From an uncultured Bacteroidales bacterium (GTDB lineage: Bacteria; Bacteroidota; Bacteroidia; Bacteroidales; UBA932), in the NCBI GenBank assembly GCA_946625485.1, contig CAMOTB010000001.1, positions 1-61,705 on the forward strand: 61,705 nucleotides of DNA. Direction: 5' to 3'. The position numbers and the translations under genes are program-made. The notes under the pieces were generated by a model that had not been told where the DNA came from, ran no database searches, and worked only from the letters and a program-made list of their open reading frames with translations. Shown piece by piece: positions 58,755-61,705 of the stretch; the stretch's first letter is position 1, and the number at the start of each line of letters is the position of its first letter.

Positions 58755-60311
58755 TTATTCGAAATATATGATTTGATCGTCCGCAGCAGACAGGATGCGG
58801 CGCATGGCCGCATTGTCGCGGGCGCGGACACTGACAACCGACTTGAATCCCAGCGTCTGGATGGTGATGAGCGGCGTCATCGCCACCATCGCCACCACGC
58901 CGAAGGCGAAATCCAGCACGGCCGATTCCCCCTGCAACGTGACGCAGGCGCCGATGACCAGCGGCAGGATGAAACTGGAAGTCAGCGGACCGCTGGCCAC
59001 GCCGCCGGAATCGAAGGCGATGGCCGTGTACAGCTTCGGGACAAAGAAAGACAGGCCCAGCGAAAGCAGGTAGCCCGGGATCAGGTAATACAGCAGCGAA
59101 AAGCCCAGATACACCCGCAGTACGGACAGCCCGATTGACACGCCGACGCCCACGGAGAGCGCGATCATCATCTGGCGCTTGGACACTTCCCCGCCGGTAA
59201 TCTCCGCCACCTGGTTGTTAAGGACATGGACGGCCGGCTCGGCAAGCACGACCACCATGCCCAGGATGAAGGCGAAGATGATCAGCAGCGCCGGGCTGTG
59301 TCCAGCCAGCTGGAGGCCGATCTTGTAACCGATCGGCATGAACGCCATCGACACGGCCGACAAAAACAGGACCAGGCCGACAAAGGTATAAAGGATGCCG
59401 AAGAGGATCTGGATGATCTTCGACGCCGGCAGTTTCAGGATGATGCCCTGGAGGACAAAGAAGAACACGACCACCAGCAGCAGGGACTTGCCCACTTCCA
59501 GCATCGTATGTCCCAGCAACTTGTCCATTCCTCCGGCCAGCACGGTCTGCATCGAATAATCCGGCACGGAAAAGTTCAGGTCTCCGCTGGCCGACAGAGA
59601 CAGCAACAGCACGGCCAGGATCGGGCCGACGGAGCAAAGGGCAATCAGGCCGAAGCTGTTCTCGCTGGCATTGCGGCCGCCTACGGTCATGGCGATGCCG
59701 ACGCCCAGCGCCATGATGAAGGGCACGGTGATCGGTCCCGTCGTCACGCCGCCCGAATCGAAAGACAGGGGCAGGAACGCACCTTTCCCGCTCTGGATCA
59801 GCAGCGCGGCCAGGCAGAACAGGATCATGTAGCAATACAGGAGAATCCCGGTCAGATCATGGTGAAAGACGATCTTCAAAACGGCCATCAGGAGGAAAAG
59901 ACCCACGCCCACGCCGACGGTTACGATCAGGAGCGTCCCGTTCATCACGGCACTGACCTGACCGGCCAGCACAGAGAGGTCCGGCTCCGCAATGGTAATC
60001 AGAAGCCCCATGACAAACGAAATGGAGAGCAGGATGCCCAGCCGCTTGGACTTGGTCAGTCCCTCGCCGATGTACTGTCCCATCGGCGTCATCGCCATAT
60101 CGGCGCCCAGGTTGAAAAGACTGATACCCAGGATCAGCAGGATGGCTGCGCCCCCGAATACCGCCAGTTCCTGGGAAGAGATGTCTACCCAGGGCGTAAC
60201 CGACAGGAGAAAAACAAGCACACTGACCGGCATCACCGATACCAGCGACTCCCTCAATTTCTCCCGAAGCGATTTCCACAAATCGCGCAAGACCGGATTG
60301 TCCTTCGCCAT
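58755..60311 (-). CDS. DUF1538 tandem-domain membrane protein (putative transporter)
   Basis: Two repeats carrying AEP and FDSGGV(TT/AS)GP. Confidence 0.85.
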   Translation of the reverse strand: MAKDNPVLRDLWKSLREKLRESLVSVMPVSVLVFLLSVTPWVDISSQELAVFGGAAILLILGISLFNLGADMAMTPMGQYIGEGLTKSKRLGILLSISFVMGLLITIAEPDLSVLAGQVSAVMNGTLLIVTVGVGVGLFLLMAVLKIVFHHDLTGILLYCYMILFCLAALLIQSGKGAFLPLSFDSGGVTTGPITVPFIMALGVGIAMTVGGRNASENSFGLIALCSVGPILAVLLLSLSASGDLNFSVPDYSMQTVLAGGMDKLLGHTMLEVGKSLLLVVVFFFVLQGIILKLPASKIIQILFGILYTFVGLVLFLSAVSMAFMPIGYKIGLQLAGHSPALLIIFAFILGMVVVLAEPAVHVLNNQVAEITGGEVSKRQMMIALSVGVGVSIGLSVLRVYLGFSLLYYLIPGYLLSLGLSFFVPKLYTAIAFDSGGVASGPLTSSFILPLVIGACVTLQGESAVLDFAFGVVAMVAMTPLITIQTLGFKSVVSVRARDNAAMRRILSAADDQIIYFE

Positions 60312-60376
60312 AACAACAATGATTCAGAACCTCAAATTTACGCTTAAATCCCCAATTATCCAATGAGCCTTTAGTG

Positions 60377-60934
60377 TCACATCAGCCAAGCTTGTACGTC
60401 CTCGCCCCGGGACAAACCCTCCCGGATCTGCGTGGAAGAGATATCGACGAGCGGGCAGTCGAGCAGGCTGATCCGGTAGGAAGGATCTTCGGAGAGCAGC
60501 TCCGCGCGAAGCGCCTGGCTGTCATAACCTCTTCTGGGATAGACGGCCACGCCATATTCGGTCAGGATACGCCTGTACTCTTTCCACTTCCGGATTCCGG
60601 CCAGGTTGTCTCCGCCGATGACCAGGGTGAAGGTATTGCCCGGTTCCTGGCGGCGCAGGATATCCAGGGTCCGGATGGTATAGCTGGGCGGGGGCATCCG
60701 CAGTTCGATGTCGTCCAGCCACACCCGAAGGTCCGGATGACGCTGCAGCGCCGCAAGGGCGGCCCGGTAGCGGTCCCGGCTGCTCTGCGCAGCCGTGGCG
60801 TCCTTCAGGGGATTCTGCGGCGACACGACCAGATAGGTCCAGTCCGTCCCTTCCCAGGAGGACAGATACTGCATGATGGCCAGATGCCCGATGTGCAGGG
60901 GGTTGAACGAACCCGAATAGACGCTGATCCTCAT
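60377..60934 (-). CDS. nadD: Nicotinate-nucleotide adenylyltransferase
   Basis: GSFNPLHIGH, SPQNPLK, SYTIRTL and ISSTQIR. Confidence 0.93.
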   Translation of the reverse strand: MRISVYSGSFNPLHIGHLAIMQYLSSWEGTDWTYLVVSPQNPLKDATAAQSSRDRYRAALAALQRHPDLRVWLDDIELRMPPPSYTIRTLDILRRQEPGNTFTLVIGGDNLAGIRKWKEYRRILTEYGVAVYPRRGYDSQALRAELLSEDPSYRISLLDCPLVDISSTQIREGLSRGEDVQAWLM

Positions 60935-61503
60935 GGACGGGCCAGGAATTCGTCAACGACCCGCTCCGCCTCGGCGAAAGTCTGCTCCAGCACGTCGTTG
61001 ACCAGGTCATAATCAAACTTGCCTTCCGCGAATGCGAGTTCGGACTCCGCCTTGGCGACGCGTTCGTCGATGGCCTCCATGCTGTCGGTTCCACGCTTGA
61101 CCAGGCGGTCCCGGAGCACGTCGACGGAAGGAGCCTTGATCAGGATCGAAAGGGCCTGGTCGCCGAAATACTTCTTGAGATTGACGCCGCCCTTGACGTC
61201 CACGTCGAAGATGATGACATGGCCCTTTTTCCAGATGCGCTCGACTTCGGACTTGAGCGTCCCGTAGAACTTATCCTGATAGACCTCTTCGTACTCGACG
61301 AACGCGTCCTTCTTGATCCGGTTCTTGAACTGGCGGGGCGTCAGGAAATAATACTCCACGCCGTTCTGCTCAGTGCCGCGGGGAGCGCGGGACGTGGCGG
61401 AAACGGAGAACTCAAACTCGGGATGCAGCGAAAGTAAATGATTGACGACGGTACTCTTACCGGAACCCGAAGGGGCCGAAAAAATAATGACTTTGTTGGG
61501 CAT
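60931..61503 (-). CDS. gmk: Guanylate kinase
   Basis: APSGSGKS, SATSRAPR and YGT. Confidence 0.95.
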   Translation of the reverse strand: MPNKVIIFSAPSGSGKSTVVNHLLSLHPEFEFSVSATSRAPRGTEQNGVEYYFLTPRQFKNRIKKDAFVEYEEVYQDKFYGTLKSEVERIWKKGHVIIFDVDVKGGVNLKKYFGDQALSILIKAPSVDVLRDRLVKRGTDSMEAIDERVAKAESELAFAEGKFDYDLVNDVLEQTFAEAERVVDEFLARP

Positions 61504-61520
61504 ACTCTTCAATTATTACG

Positions 61521-61538
61521 CAAATTTAGTTATTTTTG
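61521..61538. promoter_or_regulatory. Back-to-back -7 boxes for gmk and fba
   Basis: TAAATTTG on minus (61521-61528) and TATTTTTG on plus (61531-61538). Confidence 0.55.
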
Positions 61539-61578
61539 CAGACCTTTTGAGTTAGTAGGTAATTTAAATCAATAAATT

Positions 61579-61705
61579 ATGGTTTCTTACAAAGAATTGG
61601 GCCTTGTCAACACCCGTGAGATGTTCAAGAAGGCCGTTGCCGGCGGATATGCCATCCCCGCATTCAACTTCAACAACATGGAGCAGCTCCAGGCCATCAT
61701 CCAGG
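61579..61705 (+). CDS. fba: Class II fructose-bisphosphate aldolase, 5' part, truncated by the window end
   Basis: Manual translation MVSYKELGLVNTREMFKKAVAGGYAIPAFNFNNMEQLQAIIQ. Confidence 0.88.
   Translation, partial: MVSYKELGLVNTREMFKKAVAGGYAIPAFNFNNMEQLQAIIQ

Noticed and set aside
60931-61503. gmk, a known ppGpp target, as part of the alarmone system
   Set aside because: It is an ordinary gmk-nadD housekeeping pair, far from the RSH genes.
1-61705. Prophage, IS, integrase, CRISPR-Cas, rRNA or tRNA
   Set aside because: No ORF or nucleotide pattern supporting any of these was recognised.

Overview
61.7 kb of gene-dense chromosome from a GC-rich gut/rumen-type Bacteroidales bacterium. The assignment rests on repeated TAnnTTTG promoter boxes, many lipoprotein signal peptides and Bacteroidetes-style rpsA-rnz and fba. 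About 51 CDS were called. No tRNA, rRNA, CRISPR array, integrase or transposase was seen. Housekeeping genes are uvrB, mltG, rnz, rpsA, corA, recR, nadD, gmk, upp and partial fba. Glycan-related genes are two GH3s, a GH92, a GH33 sialidase with a NanM-symporter fusion and a GH73. There is also a porin-imelysin-di-haem iron module, a serpin and a DUF1538/P-II module. The main candidate for a new system is a tightly coupled operon at 3598-10073 with its own promoter: small alarmone synthetase, small alarmone hydrolase, APH-like kinase, Cache-PP2C-anti-sigma-kinase fusion, STAS protein and K+/H+ antiporter. It is a partner-switching circuit with no sigma factor, attached to (p)ppGpp-type enzymes. 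Other highlights are an M49 peptidase-like lipoprotein whose zinc ligands are all replaced by basic residues, sitting beside a DASS anion transporter; two long RelA/SpoT paralogues with complementary degenerate domains; and palindromic elements at convergent gene junctions. All family calls come from recognising motifs by eye; no database search was run.
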